From assembly GCA_031263105.1 (NCBI GenBank), contig JAISGJ010000136.1:1-43128 (forward strand): 43,128 bases of DNA. Direction: 5' to 3'. Made by a program: the position numbers and the translations under genes. The notes below the pieces were generated by a model. It saw nothing but the letters and a program-made list of their open reading frames with translations, had not been told where the DNA came from and ran no database searches. Positions 28,223 through 38,024 of the stretch are shown piece by piece; positions within the stretch are counted from its first letter, which is position 1; each line of letters begins with the position of its first letter. This stretch comes from Coriobacteriales bacterium (lineage in GTDB: Bacteria > Actinomycetota > Coriobacteriia > Coriobacteriales > UBA8131).

Positions 28223-28382
28223 GTTACTGGTCACACCCTCACTGTCATTCCGAGCCTGTCGAGGAATCTTCGACCGCTTCAGCGGTCGACCGCAAGTTGA
28301 GGGATCCCCCGACCTACCGTTGGTCGCTTCGCGACCAAGGATTCCTCGACGGGCTCGGAATGACAGCGAGGGTGTCAGTAAC
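28223..28382. mobile_element. MITE family 2, copy B, with 8-bp target-site duplication
   Basis: The TIRs are GTTACTGGTCACACCCTCACTGTCATTCCGAGCC and, at the other end, GGCTCGGAATGACAGCGAGGGTGTCAGTAAC. The perfect direct repeat GTCACAAA flanks it at 28215-28222 and 28383-28390. Confidence 0.8.
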
Positions 28383-28537
28383 GTCACAAATTCTTGTGAC
28401 GATCGGCAGCCCTCTGTCGGCTGCAGCACTTTGCCACTTTACTGTACTATAGTATCGTGCAGGCACAAGACGTGGGTCGTGCCTGCCCCCCGTGGCTCGG
28501 GGACTAAGGGAAACCGAAGGCTCAAGGAGGTTGCATC

Positions 28538-29593
28538 ATGAGGAGCGGAATAGGAAAACGACTGGTTGCGGCAGCGCTTGCGGCCCTGCTTGCCGCAGGG
28601 CTGGGCCTGCTGGGCGGATGCGGCGCGCCTGCGGGCACGGGCGGCACAGGAGGCGGCGGAAGTGCGGCCGAAGGGGACGCGTCCGCTGCGGCCACGGAGT
28701 TCCCCGTCGCGTTCTGCACCTGGATCGGCTATGCGCCGCTGTACATCGCCGAGGAGAAGGGCTACTTCTCCGCACGCGGCATCGCCCCCGAGCTCACGAT
28801 CATCGAGGACGAGTCCCAGTACGCCGCGGCCCTGTATTCCGGCAGCATCCAGGCCTTGGGCAACGTGCTCGACCGTGAGGTCATCCACTTCGCGAGCGGC
28901 ACACCCGAGACCGTCGCCTTCGCCTTGGACGAGTCCTCAGGCGGCGACGGCGTCATCGCCTCGGGGGACATTCAGTCCGTGGCGGACCTCAAGGGCAGGA
29001 CCGTGGGGCTCGACAAGTCGTCGACCTCGTACTTCTTCTTCCTCTCCATACTCGAGAAGAACGGGCTGGCCGAGGGGGACGTGACCATCGAGGACATGGG
29101 TGCCGACGATGCCGGCACCGCCTTCCTGGCCGGGAACCTCGATGCCGCCGTGGTGTGGGAGCCCTATCTCAGCGAGTCCAACACGCGGGAGGGCGGCCAT
29201 GTGCTGGCCTCGTCGGCCGAATACCCCAAGACCATCGTCGACGTCATGGTCGTGCGCTCCGATTTCGCCGCAGAGAACCCCCAGGCCGTCGAGGCGCTCA
29301 CTGCGGCCTGGTACGAGGCCATCGAGTTCTACCGCGCCAATCCCGACGAGGGCAACGAGATCATGGCCCGCGGCCTGGGGCTCGACGTCGACGAGATAGC
29401 CGACATGGCCTCCGGCATCACGTTCATGGGCGCCGAGGAGAACGCGACGTTCCTCGACAGGTCGTCCGACTCCGGCATCTACGAGGTTGCGGAGCGCGCC
29501 ATGAAGTTCTGGCAGGGCATGGGCGTCATCGACGCGCCCTTCGAGCTGAACGACTTCATCTCGGATGCGTATTACCGCACGCCGATAAGGTAG
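28538..29593 (+). CDS. ABC importer substrate-binding lipoprotein (NMT1/NitT/TauT-like)
   Basis: It has a signal peptide with the lipobox LLGGC. The periplasmic-binding-like body precedes the permease and ATPase genes. Confidence 0.75.
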   Translation: MRSGIGKRLVAAALAALLAAGLGLLGGCGAPAGTGGTGGGGSAAEGDASAAATEFPVAFCTWIGYAPLYIAEEKGYFSARGIAPELTIIEDESQYAAALYSGSIQALGNVLDREVIHFASGTPETVAFALDESSGGDGVIASGDIQSVADLKGRTVGLDKSSTSYFFFLSILEKNGLAEGDVTIEDMGADDAGTAFLAGNLDAAVVWEPYLSESNTREGGHVLASSAEYPKTIVDVMVVRSDFAAENPQAVEALTAAWYEAIEFYRANPDEGNEIMARGLGLDVDEIADMASGITFMGAEENATFLDRSSDSGIYEVAERAMKFWQGMGVIDAPFELNDFISDAYYRTPIR

Positions 29594-29628
29594 GCGGCGA
29601 CAGGAGAGGGCAGGAGGCCCCAACGCAC

Positions 29629-30420
29629 ATGGCGGCATCGTCACGACATCGGCCGGTCTCGCTCACGGCCCTTTCCCTCATCGCCTTCCTCGTCGTGATG
29701 GCGCTCTGGCTGCTGCTGAGCTATGGGGTGGGGGTCAGCCATGTCTTCTTGCCGCCGCCGCACACGGTGGTGATGGCGCTGGTCGGGATGTTCAACGACG
29801 GCACGCTGGTGGGCTACACCGCACTGAGCACGTGGCGCGTGCTGGTGGGCTGGGGGCTCAGCGTCATCGTCGCGCTGCCTTTGGGCATGCTCATCGCGAC
29901 CTCGCCGGTGGCGCGCGCCCTCGTGCAGCCCCTCACGGAGTTCGCGCGCTATCTGCCGGTCGTTGCGCTCGTGCCGCTCACCCTCCTGTACTGCGGCATC
30001 GGCGAGGAGCAGAAGTATGCCATCATCTTCTTGGGGACCTTCTTCCAGCTGCTGCTCATGGTGGCGGACTCGGTGGGCTCGGTGGACCGCACGCTGCTCA
30101 ACTCGGCGGCCACCTTGGGCGCCGGCCGCCGTCAGCGCTACCTGCGCGTGCTGCTGCCCGCTGCGCTGCCGTCGCTGCTGGACGACCTGCGGATCACCGT
30201 CGGATGGGCATGGACCTACCTTGTGGTGGCCGAGATGGTCGCCGCCAACGCAGGCCTGGGCTATCTTGTGCTCAAGAGCCAGCGCTTCCTCGCCACCGAT
30301 GCCATCTTCGCCGGCCTCATCGTCATCGGCCTCGTGGGCCTTGTCACCGACCGCCTGTTCCAGCTCATAACGCGTCTGGCCGTGCCCTGGCACGAGAAGC
30401 TGGGGGACGCGCGTGGATAG
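29629..30420 (+). CDS. ABC importer permease (NitT/TauT family)
   Basis: Start placed at ATG 29629 after GGAGG-like sequence. It has six TM segments and an EAA-like loop ([22 protein letters not shown]). Confidence 0.8.
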   Translation: MAASSRHRPVSLTALSLIAFLVVMALWLLLSYGVGVSHVFLPPPHTVVMALVGMFNDGTLVGYTALSTWRVLVGWGLSVIVALPLGMLIATSPVARALVQPLTEFARYLPVVALVPLTLLYCGIGEEQKYAIIFLGTFFQLLLMVADSVGSVDRTLLNSAATLGAGRRQRYLRVLLPAALPSLLDDLRITVGWAWTYLVVAEMVAANAGLGYLVLKSQRFLATDAIFAGLIVIGLVGLVTDRLFQLITRLAVPWHEKLGDARG

Positions 30421-31210
30421 TCTCCCTGGGGCGAGGCTCGTCATACGGGGCCTCAGCAAGGGCTTCGAGCGCAAGGGGCAGCCGCCGCTCGAGGTGCTGC
30501 GCGACATAGACCTCGCCATCGCCCCCAACGAGTTCGCCGTCATCGTGGGGCCTTCGGGCTGCGGCAAGTCCACGTTGCTCAACATCATCGGAGGGCTGGA
30601 GCAGGCTGACGAGGGCGAGGTCCTCATGGACGGGGAGCGTCCCATCACAGGGCCGGGCGCCGACCGTGGCATGGTCTTTCAGGGCTACTCGCTGTTCCCT
30701 TGGCTCAGCGTGCGCAAGAACATCGAGTTCGGGCCGCAGGTCAACGGCCTGCCAGCCTCCGAGCGTCGCGCCATCGCCGAGCACTATATCGACGCGGTGG
30801 GCCTGGGCGGCTTCGAGGACACGCTCCCAAAGGCCCTCAGCGGCGGCATGCGGCAGCGCGTGGCCATCGCGCGGACGATGGCCAACAGGCCGCAGATACT
30901 GTTGATGGACGAGCCCTTCGGGGCCCTTGACGCCCAGACGCGCATCGTGATGCAGGAGATGCTCGTGGACGTGTGGCAGCGGGAGAGGAGCACGGTGGTG
31001 TTCATCACGCACGACATCGACGAGGCGCTCCTTCTGGGCACGCGCGTCTACGTCATGTCGCGCCGCCCCGGACGCATCGCCGCCGTGCTCGACGTGGCGC
31101 TCGACGGGCCGCGCAGCCATGAGCTCCTGGCGGATCCCGGTTTCCTCGCACTCAGGCAGCGCATCATGTCCATGCTCTGGGAGGAGGCCCAGGCCGCCGC
31201 CCTTGAGTGA
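30413..31210 (+). CDS. ABC importer ATP-binding protein (SsuB/TauB-like)
   Basis: The GTG start overlaps the permease stop. Walker A is GPSGCGKST, signature is LSGGMRQR and Walker B is [12 protein letters not shown]. Confidence 0.9.
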   Translation: MDSLPGARLVIRGLSKGFERKGQPPLEVLRDIDLAIAPNEFAVIVGPSGCGKSTLLNIIGGLEQADEGEVLMDGERPITGPGADRGMVFQGYSLFPWLSVRKNIEFGPQVNGLPASERRAIAEHYIDAVGLGGFEDTLPKALSGGMRQRVAIARTMANRPQILLMDEPFGALDAQTRIVMQEMLVDVWQRERSTVVFITHDIDEALLLGTRVYVMSRRPGRIAAVLDVALDGPRSHELLADPGFLALRQRIMSMLWEEAQAAALE

Positions 31211-31249
31211 GCCGCACCTGCGCATGCTGCCCCACTTATCGGAGGAAGC

Positions 31250-31404
31250 ATGGAGACAGATCTCCCGGCAAGCCCTTATCGTCGCGCATTGCCGACGGGC
31301 TCCTGTCGCCTGCGCTGCAACGCGCGGGCACCGTCCAGATGCTCGGATCCAAATGGTGCGGCAAGACGACGACGGCCGAACAGGTCGTCCGCAACATGGT
31401 GTAG
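31250..31404 (+). pseudogene. truncated, frameshifted N-terminal fragment of a DUF4143-type AAA ATPase
   Basis: GGAGGA plus ATG 31250 opens METDLPASPYRR. One frame over, the sequence continues RIADGLLSPALQRAGTVQMLGSKWCGKTTTAEQV (P-loop) and then stops at 31404. Confidence 0.5.
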
Positions 31405-31547
31405 TGCTCATGCGGGGGCTGTCTCAAAGAATGCCTCTGCCGGGAGTTTCGTGGCGACAGCGTGCCGCAATTCGGGCAAAAACATGACATATCACCAAGT
31501 GACTTGCTGATATATCGGCAAGTTGCTTGGGAAGATGATTCTTCCTG

Positions 31548-31712
31548 GTTACTGAGGTCACACCCCCACTGTCATCCCGAGCCCCGCCGAGGGATCTTCG
31601 GCTGCGGAGCAGCCGACCGCAGGTCGAGGTGCCTTTCGGTCGCAGTCGGCCGCTGGCGCGGCCGAAGATTCCTCGGCAGGCTCGGAATGACAGTGGGGGT
31701 GTGACCTGTAAC
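31548..31712. mobile_element. MITE family 2, copy C, with 8-bp target-site duplication
   Basis: The TIRs are GTTACTGAGGTCACACCCCCACTGTCATCCCGAGCC and, at the other end, GGCTCGGAATGACAGTGGGGGTGTGACCTGTAAC. The perfect direct repeat TCTTCCTG flanks it at 31540-31547 and 31713-31720. Confidence 0.85.
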
Positions 31713-31848
31713 TCTTCCTGCCCTGGAGAGGGTGCTTCCACACAGGTGCCGCTTGAGGTGTGCTATAGTGCCCATAACATCTTTCTGTGTCGTTCCAGGC
31801 GAGAAGGCCGCCATGCGGTGTGCGCGGGGTGGCGGAACGGAGGCAACG

Positions 31849-32529
31849 ATGGAACTCGGCGAAGCGAAGGGGAGCGGCCCGGTACGTAAGGCCTTCCGTC
31901 TGAGGAGCGCCATCATCCTTTCCGTCGCGGGGCTGCTCTTTGCTCTCGCTGTAGCAGTCGCCATTCCCTTTGGCATCCGCATGCTCTTGGTCGGCGAGGC
32001 GTACGAGACCCGTGACGTCGCCGAGTACGGCATCTACGAGGGGCACATCGAGGCGGAGGGCGCGCTCCCCAACCAGTTCAGCAAGCTCCTGGTCTTCCCA
32101 AAGGAGCTGCCGGACGACGCGGTCGTGGACGACTTCTACTACTGGTGCTCGAACGGGGGGCTGGAGAACTCCTACCAGCTGCTGCTGGACTACCGGCTTT
32201 CGCCCGAGGCCTTCAAGGCGGAGGTCGAACGCCTGCAGGGCATCAAGGTCAGCCTCAGGGGGCGAACCAAGCACGTCGTCTACGACACCGAGAGTTTCGA
32301 GTACCCCGCATACGTGACGGTCTTCGAGAACAGCGGCGACTGCGAGTTCGCACTCATCGACGAGAAGAACAGCCGCATCGTCGCCGTCCTGGCGACCGGC
32401 GGGCGCGGCTCCCTCGACGCGTCCCTGTTCCCGCAAAGCACCCCCAAGTACGGGGACTCCATCGTCTGGCTGGGCTTCTCGGTCTACCAGTTCGAATCGG
32501 GCGACAACGCGGCCGTCATGGCAGGGTAA
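31849..32529 (+). CDS. hypothetical membrane-anchored protein
   Basis: ATG 31849 lies 6 nt after GGAGG. There is one N-terminal TM segment (AIILSVAGLLFALAVAVAIPF) followed by a soluble domain. I recognise no family. Confidence 0.55.
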   Translation: MELGEAKGSGPVRKAFRLRSAIILSVAGLLFALAVAVAIPFGIRMLLVGEAYETRDVAEYGIYEGHIEAEGALPNQFSKLLVFPKELPDDAVVDDFYYWCSNGGLENSYQLLLDYRLSPEAFKAEVERLQGIKVSLRGRTKHVVYDTESFEYPAYVTVFENSGDCEFALIDEKNSRIVAVLATGGRGSLDASLFPQSTPKYGDSIVWLGFSVYQFESGDNAAVMAG

Positions 32530-32560
32530 GAGGAGGTAGGGGGCAGGCGAGGCTGACATC

Positions 32561-32812
32561 TTACTGCCCAGGCCTCTGCTCCTCTTGGTATATCTCGTAG
32601 AGGTAGGCGGAGGACTCGAGGTAGTAACCAGTATCGTAGTCCTCGAGCTTCGTGCTGAGCTTTGTCTGGTAGAAGCGTGCGAATGCCTCCTCCACGTCAA
32701 GGCCCTCGTCTTCCATGATGTACGAGACTATCTCCGCAGTCGCAAAGCCCACCAACGCGTCTTTGCGGTTGATGGCGACCTGTGCCTCGGTCAGGCTCTC
32801 AATCAAGCTCAT
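32561..32812 (-). CDS. DUF3791-like small protein
   Basis: 83 aa. It overlaps the upstream gene by 14 nt. Family assignment is from recall of the DUF3791/DUF3990 gene-triad pattern. Confidence 0.5.
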   Translation of the reverse strand: MSLIESLTEAQVAINRKDALVGFATAEIVSYIMEDEGLDVEEAFARFYQTKLSTKLEDYDTGYYLESSAYLYEIYQEEQRPGQ

Positions 32813-33308
32813 AGCTGCCCGCCGATCTCAGGTACGCCACGGCCCTCTCCGTATGAAAGCTCATCTGATGGTTGAGATCCTTGTACGCGAGCTGCTTGGC
32901 CAGCATCTCCCCGTCGAGCAGGCCGCGCACGAACAGCGAGAACGTTGTGGCGATGTCATCGTTGGCAACGGGCCCCTCAACGAGGTCATACTTCGCGTCA
33001 TGGTTCGACAGCGGGTCGTCAAAAGCCGTCCAGCTGCGATTCCGGTTGTTCATGACGAAATGTGCCCATCTGGCATCGGGGACACCAAAGACCAAGGTGT
33101 CAAGTCGGAGGAGAGCTGTTTCATCAAAATCAAAGAGCATGACAATCGGTCTTCCTGTGCCTGCACGCGCGGTCACCTTTTGCGCCCAATCCTGCGCCTG
33201 CGCCTCAAGCCGCGTGAGGTAGACGCCTCTGCCAAAGTCCTTGTAGGGACGGCACTTTTCCAAGTCAACCCGTGCGAACGCCCTGTTTGAGCCGTGATAC
33301 AGCCGCAT
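32799..33308 (-). CDS. DUF3990-like protein with H-Y-E ADP-ribosyltransferase-like motifs
   Basis: 169 aa. It has LYHGS at residues 3-7, FGRGVYLT with Tyr30, and a later YDLVEGP. The start overlaps the stop of the upstream small gene. Confidence 0.55.
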   Translation of the reverse strand: MRLYHGSNRAFARVDLEKCRPYKDFGRGVYLTRLEAQAQDWAQKVTARAGTGRPIVMLFDFDETALLRLDTLVFGVPDARWAHFVMNNRNRSWTAFDDPLSNHDAKYDLVEGPVANDDIATTFSLFVRGLLDGEMLAKQLAYKDLNHQMSFHTERAVAYLRSAGSYELD

Positions 33309-33523
33309 CAGAGCCGCCCCCCGTTGCGTGCGCTCACCGCCGCGATGTCGTCGACCACGTCCTCGAAGGAGAGGAGGTGCTCGACATCGTAATGCCTGTT
33401 GATGAACGCGAAGCCGCCGTGTGCGTGCGCGTAGACAAACGCCTGTTTGCGCGTGACGCCCTTGGCCCTGGCAAAGCTCGCAAGGGCCTCAACGAGCCAG
33501 TCTGTTTTCTTGAGGCCGTCCAT
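33308..33523 (-). CDS. DUF3791-like small protein
   Basis: 71 aa. It is the first gene of an overlapping three-gene minus-strand unit. Confidence 0.5.
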   Translation of the reverse strand: MDGLKKTDWLVEALASFARAKGVTRKQAFVYAHAHGGFAFINRHYDVEHLLSFEDVVDDIAAVSARNGGRL

Positions 33524-33607
33524 GGGGAGTATTGTACCAAACCCCCGTCGTCAAGGCACACCGCCGACTTCGCATGCCTGGTGGGCTTCCACGGCATTCC
33601 GGCCCAC

Positions 33608-33888
33608 GTTACATCTCACACCCCACTGTCATTCCGAGCCTGTCGAGGAATCTTTGGGTCCGGGCGCCCGGAAAACGCACCGCGTCTTCAGCGAGGACGG
33701 CGCGACAGTCCAGTGGACTGTCGCGAGGCGAAGCTGCGGAGCAGCGCGTGAGCCTACGGAACCGACAGGCCCACGGAACGCGAAGCGACCAACGGTAGGT
33801 CGGGGATCCTCCGACCTGCGGTCGACCGCTGGCGCGGTCGAAGATTCCTCGACAGGCTCGGAATGACAGTGGGGGCGCGACCAGCAAC
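33608..33888. mobile_element. MITE family 2, copy D (degenerate, with internal insertion)
   Basis: The left TIR is GTTACATCTCACACCCCACTGTCATTCCGAGCC and the right end is GGCTCGGAATGACAGTGGGGGCGCGACCAGCAAC. There is no matching flanking 8-mer. It carries a 25-nt perfect palindrome at 33701-33725. Confidence 0.65.
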
Positions 33889-33999
33889 TTTTAGTTGTCA
33901 TAGGTGCCGTTTCTGCACGTGTCTCAGCCTCATGCTCGCTCGGGATATGCTATGATGCAGGCAGTGCTTTTTACATCGTCTCGAACGGGGAAGGCCGCT

Positions 34000-36234
34000 A
34001 TGCGGTACACGTTTGTGAAACAGCATGATATAACGGATTGCGCCGCCGCCTGCCTTGCGATGGTCTGCCTGCACTACAAGAAGGAGACCACCATCACGAG
34101 GCTGCGCGACATGATGGGCACGGACATCAAGGGGACCAACCTCATAGGCCTCGCCAAGTGCGCCGACGAGCTTGGCTTCGTGTCCCAGGCCGTCAAGGTC
34201 GACCGGCAGGGCTTCTTGAGCGAATACACGCGTCCCTGCATCGCAAACGTCCACACGCGGGAGGGCCTCAGCCACTTCGTCGTGGTCTTCAAGGTCGGCA
34301 GGGAGCACGTGGTCGTCGGCGACCCCGCGAAGGACCTGGAGCGCGTGACGGTCAACGACTTCTACCGGACCTTCACAGGCAACCTGCTGCTCCTGAAGCC
34401 TGACAACCGCTTCCAGAAGGGCCGCGTCAAGGGCGAGAAGGTCTTCGGCCGCTTCGTGAAGCTGCTGCTCCCGCAGAAGAAGCTGTTCGTCTTCTCAATC
34501 CTCGCCTCCCTCATCATGACGGTGCTCGGCATAGCCTCCTCGCTCTTCAACAAGATAGTGATGGACGAGATACTGCCCTACGAGCTCAGGGGCCTCCTCC
34601 TGAGCGTGCTGCTCATATTCGCGGCCGTCGCCCTCACGCAGGTGCTGATACAGTTCGTGCGCAGCTGGATGATGCTGTTTTTGTCCCAGAGGATAGACAT
34701 ACCGCTCATGCTCGGGTACTTCGAGCACATCTACAAGCTTCCGATGCGCTTCTTCGCCACGAGGAAGACGGGCGACATCATCACGCGCTTCTCCGACGCC
34801 TTCACCATCAAGGACATCTTCACGGGCATCGCGCTCACGCTCATCATGGACGTGGCCATGGCGCTCATCACCGGGGTGATACTGTTTCGGATGAACGCTA
34901 CGCTGTTCGGCATCATCGCCCTGCTCACGCTCGTGAGCGTCATCCTGGTCCTCTGCTTCCGGCTGCCGTACAAGAAGATAAACTTGGAGCAGATGCAGCA
35001 GGCCTCCATCCTCAACTCGGAGATCATCGAGGGGCTCAACGGGGTCGAGACCATCAAGGGCAACGCCAACGAGGAGGCCGAGCTCGAGAGCATCGAGCGC
35101 GAGTACATCAAGTCTTTGCGCATAGCCTTCAGGGAGGGGATGCTCTCCAACACGCAGGGCGCCATCTCGGGGGCCGTCGGGGCGATCGGGAACCTCGTGC
35201 TCATGTACTTTGGCGTGCTCCAGGTGATAGACAACGAGATCACGCTGGGGACGCTGATGGCCTTCATGACGCTGGCGGGCTTCTTCATGGACCCCGTGCA
35301 GCGCCTGGTCGGCCTGCAGCTGCAGATACAAGAGGCGAACATATCCATGAAGCGCGTCTCGGAGATCCTCGACTACGAGCAGGAGCAGGAGGGCGCGGAG
35401 CGCCGCCAGCCCTTCGAGGGCGCGGCGGGCGACGTCGCGTTCAAGGGCGTGACCTTCCGCTACGGCAACCGCAAGCCGGTGCTGCACGACGTCTCCTTCT
35501 CGATACCGAGGGGCCAGAAGCTCGCCCTCGTCGGCGCGAGCGGCAGCGGCAAGTCCACCGTCGCGAAGCTGCTCCTGAAGTACTACGAACCGGAGGCGGG
35601 CTCCGTCACCATCGACGGCGTGGACATCGAGGAGTACAGCAACGACTCGCTGCGCAGGGGCATATCCTACGTGCCCCAGCGCATAGAGCTGTTCTCGAAG
35701 AGCGTCTACGACAACATCCGCGTGACGAAAATGGACTCGACGCTGGAGGAGGTGAAGGAGGCCGCCAAGGCAGCCGACGCCCACGACTTCATACGCAGGC
35801 TGCCCCTGCAGTACCACACCTTCCTAGAGGAGTCCGGCAGCGGGCTCTCCGGCGGGGAGCAGCAGCGCATCGCCATCGCCCGCGCCTTCCTGAAGGAGAA
35901 CGACCTCTACGTCTTGGACGAGAGCACGAGCAACCTGGACTTCGGCACGGAGCGCGTCGTCTTCGACATGATCTACAACAGGCTCAAGGGCAAGACCATG
36001 CTCATCATCGCCCACCGGCTCTCCACGGTGAGGAACTGCGACCGGATAGTCGTGCTGGACAAGGGCGAGGTCGTCGAGCAGGGCAGCCACGAGGAGCTGC
36101 TCGCAAGGGAGGGGGTGTACTGGCGGCTCTGGGAGATGCAGCAAGGGAACGTCGTGGCAGGGGAGAAGAACGGTGATGGGGACGGTAAGGAGATTCCGGA
36201 AAGTCTAGATGATGACACAATCAGCTATCTGTAG
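34000..36234 (+). CDS. C39 peptidase-domain ABC bacteriocin exporter (ComA/LcnC-like)
   Basis: Start placed at ATG 34000. MRYTFVKQHDITDCAAACLAMVCLHY aligns with the N-termini of ComA/LcnC-type exporters. LSHFVVVFK supplies the His. Walker A is GASGSGKST and the signature is LSGGEQQR. Confidence 0.9.
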   Translation: MRYTFVKQHDITDCAAACLAMVCLHYKKETTITRLRDMMGTDIKGTNLIGLAKCADELGFVSQAVKVDRQGFLSEYTRPCIANVHTREGLSHFVVVFKVGREHVVVGDPAKDLERVTVNDFYRTFTGNLLLLKPDNRFQKGRVKGEKVFGRFVKLLLPQKKLFVFSILASLIMTVLGIASSLFNKIVMDEILPYELRGLLLSVLLIFAAVALTQVLIQFVRSWMMLFLSQRIDIPLMLGYFEHIYKLPMRFFATRKTGDIITRFSDAFTIKDIFTGIALTLIMDVAMALITGVILFRMNATLFGIIALLTLVSVILVLCFRLPYKKINLEQMQQASILNSEIIEGLNGVETIKGNANEEAELESIEREYIKSLRIAFREGMLSNTQGAISGAVGAIGNLVLMYFGVLQVIDNEITLGTLMAFMTLAGFFMDPVQRLVGLQLQIQEANISMKRVSEILDYEQEQEGAERRQPFEGAAGDVAFKGVTFRYGNRKPVLHDVSFSIPRGQKLALVGASGSGKSTVAKLLLKYYEPEAGSVTIDGVDIEEYSNDSLRRGISYVPQRIELFSKSVYDNIRVTKMDSTLEEVKEAAKAADAHDFIRRLPLQYHTFLEESGSGLSGGEQQRIAIARAFLKENDLYVLDESTSNLDFGTERVVFDMIYNRLKGKTMLIIAHRLSTVRNCDRIVVLDKGEVVEQGSHEELLAREGVYWRLWEMQQGNVVAGEKNGDGDGKEIPESLDDDTISYL

Positions 36235-36443
36235 GCCCAAAGATAGCGGTGTGAGTCATCGTTGTTTTCGGAGAAGAGGAGAGGACATGAACAGGATCAG
36301 ATCGGGGACAAGAGGATGCTCGCCGGGGCTCCATGAAACGAGACCGACCCGGCGAGCGATGAGTGAAATCGGTCTCGATGCCATTGAATTAGGGTCCGTG
36401 TTAACCCTTGTTCTAAACACTGTTGCGGAAAGGATGATTTATC

Positions 36444-36830
36444 ATGACTTATGACGGAACACTTGTGATGCCGAGGAACTGCGTGGCGATGACGGAAGAC
36501 GAGATGACGTATGTCGAGGGTGGATACATCGCCACCAGCTATGGAACCGCAAAACAACTAAAGAATCATGCTGCGGGGTTGATGACTGGCTGGTTTGCCT
36601 TGACAGGTGGTTTTTCACTTGCGGCTGCGGCTTTGGTTGCTAGTGGCGTAGGAGTTGTTGCGGGAGTTATTGCGGGAATAGGTGCAGGATATTGCGCATT
36701 TGCAGGCAATGAGTATAGGAAGGCATTCAATTACTTTTCGGCCAAAAGTCAGACAAGTTCTACCAGATATAAAATGTCCACAACTTCCTTCATAGGTTTT
36801 ATTACTGGTGTGAGCTATGGCTTAGCCTAG
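36444..36830 (+). CDS. double-glycine-leader bacteriocin-like precursor (large Gly/Ala-rich hydrophobic mature part)
   Basis: ...MTEDEMTYVEGG followed by YIATSYG fits the LSxxELxxIxGG leader logic. The mature part is 102 aa with GxxxG-rich hydrophobic stretches. It lies immediately after the C39 exporter. Start codon choice (36444, 36468 or 36492) is uncertain. Confidence 0.65.
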   Translation: MTYDGTLVMPRNCVAMTEDEMTYVEGGYIATSYGTAKQLKNHAAGLMTGWFALTGGFSLAAAALVASGVGVVAGVIAGIGAGYCAFAGNEYRKAFNYFSAKSQTSSTRYKMSTTSFIGFITGVSYGLA

Positions 36831-36861
36831 GATATGGCATAGCCCAAGGAGGTGCTGATTA

Positions 36862-37047
36862 GTGATTTGTGTTCCAACGGGCATGCATGAACAAGTCGGC
36901 ACCTCCCTGACACACAGCTTATTTTCTGCTGTCAGCATGGTTACTTTAGTGAAACGATACATATTGTTGCAAAGTTTGTGCTTTCAGGAAATAGGCTATC
37001 AGGGAGAAAAAAATGACAAAACCAATGTGGATAGGCCTGTCGATTGA
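36862..37047 (+). CDS. small hypothetical ORF with strong SD
   Basis: AAGGAGG (36846-36852) lies 9 nt before GTG 36862. It encodes 61 aa and overlaps the next gene start. I recognise no family. Confidence 0.3.
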   Translation: MICVPTGMHEQVGTSLTHSLFSAVSMVTLVKRYILLQSLCFQEIGYQGEKNDKTNVDRPVD

Positions 37048-37327
37048 GGGTATTGCTATTATTCTTGCGGTTGCATGTGTCGTGATTCAGCAGCCGGTGC
37101 CTAATTTTATAGTTATGTTACTTATAACGGGAATGGCGATTTCTTTCGCAGGAGCCCTTAGTGCCTGCAGTAAGCTTAGCAAGCTTAAACAGAATGAGGT
37201 AGAAAACAATGACGTAAAGACGAGCAGATTCTCTTTCAGGAAGAGCGAACTATATACGATGCTCGTTGCCATGATAGTGCTAGCAATTATTCTGACGGCA
37301 GTCTCTCTTTATCCAATCATGCTTTAG
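37013..37327 (+). CDS. small 3-TM membrane protein, candidate bacteriocin immunity protein
   Basis: AGGGAG precedes the ATG. It encodes 104 aa with three hydrophobic helices. It lies in an AT-rich region downstream of the bacteriocin gene. Confidence 0.55.
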   Translation: MTKPMWIGLSIEGIAIILAVACVVIQQPVPNFIVMLLITGMAISFAGALSACSKLSKLKQNEVENNDVKTSRFSFRKSELYTMLVAMIVLAIILTAVSLYPIML

Positions 37328-37452
37328 GAGCCAAAGAGGAAGGCCACAACGACTCTGCGTCAATTCCTGTTTTGTTTTTTCGTGGGTATGTCGCATATGG
37401 GTGTTACAGAAAAAAAGGAGGCGAGTTTTGTTCGACATGTTTGGGGCATGTG

Positions 37453-37737
37453 ATGGATAGGGTAATGATGCGCCTTGGACAGGGTCTCGCAATATTTGCT
37501 GCTCTTCTGATAGCACTGTGCGCATTTTTTCGATGGCCATTCTATAGTTGGCTGATCATCATGTCTTGGACAGGCCTTGCAGTCGCACTCTTGGCGCATT
37601 TTTTTGTACGTAGGGAAGAGAAGGCTGACAGCACTGAGGGCAAAGACTCTGCGCATGGGCTACAGAAGGGACTCCTGTACCTGCTGGTTGCGGTTGTGGC
37701 AATTGTCTGGTCTGCGGTCACTGCGGCAGTTGTTTGA
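37453..37737 (+). CDS. small multi-TM membrane protein, second immunity candidate
   Basis: About 94 aa from ATG 37453 (alternative starts at 37372, 37450 and 37465). It has three hydrophobic helices. Confidence 0.45.
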   Translation: MDRVMMRLGQGLAIFAALLIALCAFFRWPFYSWLIIMSWTGLAVALLAHFFVRREEKADSTEGKDSAHGLQKGLLYLLVAVVAIVWSAVTAAVV

Positions 37738-37804
37738 GGTAGCGGCGCGTTGAGTCGATGCGTCGACATGGCATTGCTGTAAGAGAGCGATACTGAGACT
37801 GAAA

Positions 37805-37838
37805 GGGAGAAGGCTGCCTCATGCCTGCTCCCTTTTCA
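37805..37838 (+). terminator. candidate rho-independent terminator
   Basis: GGGAGAAGGC-tgcctcat-GCCTGCTCCC forms a 9/10-bp stem and is followed by TTTTC. Confidence 0.5.
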
Positions 37839-38024
37839 GAACAAAAGTGCAATCTGAGGGCGCCGTTGACAGGCGTGAGGGCAACAGAGATGGCTGCTAT
37901 ATGAAAAGCATTCAATTCACAAGTTCTTTCTTTTTCAGTACGAACAAGAGAGGACAGCGAGGTGGGCATCGAGAAAAACAGATCATGAAGGATGAGTTCT
38001 GCAAGGACAGAGAGGGACTGAGAC

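Noticed and set aside
28202-28429. Small ORFs spanning the MITE copies (for example 28202-28429, 14774-14998, 31462-31704, 33609-33887) with recurring peptides HPHCHPEPAEG and LGRLGMTVGV
   Set aside because: The similarity arises from the repeated DNA element read in both orientations. The ORFs lack SD sequences and are bounded by the TIRs and TSDs.
28538-31210. ABC importer operon as possible part of a bacteriocin or RiPP system
   Set aside because: The substrate-binding lipoprotein, the permease with an EAA loop and the SsuB-like ATPase form an uptake system of the NitT/TauT type. It is separated from both peptide loci by MITEs and unrelated genes.
33904-33999. GTG 33904 start for the second C39-ABC exporter
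   Set aside because: The extension begins just downstream of MITE copy D (which ends at 33888) and lacks an SD. ATG 34000 gives an N-terminus that aligns with ComA/LcnC-type exporters.
36209-36454. 81-aa ORF (or a 55-aa version from ATG 36287) between the exporter and the bacteriocin gene
   Set aside because: It has no double-glycine motif, no hydrophobic segment and no recognisable family, and it overlaps the exporter 3' end. I left it unannotated, although a small regulatory peptide cannot be excluded.
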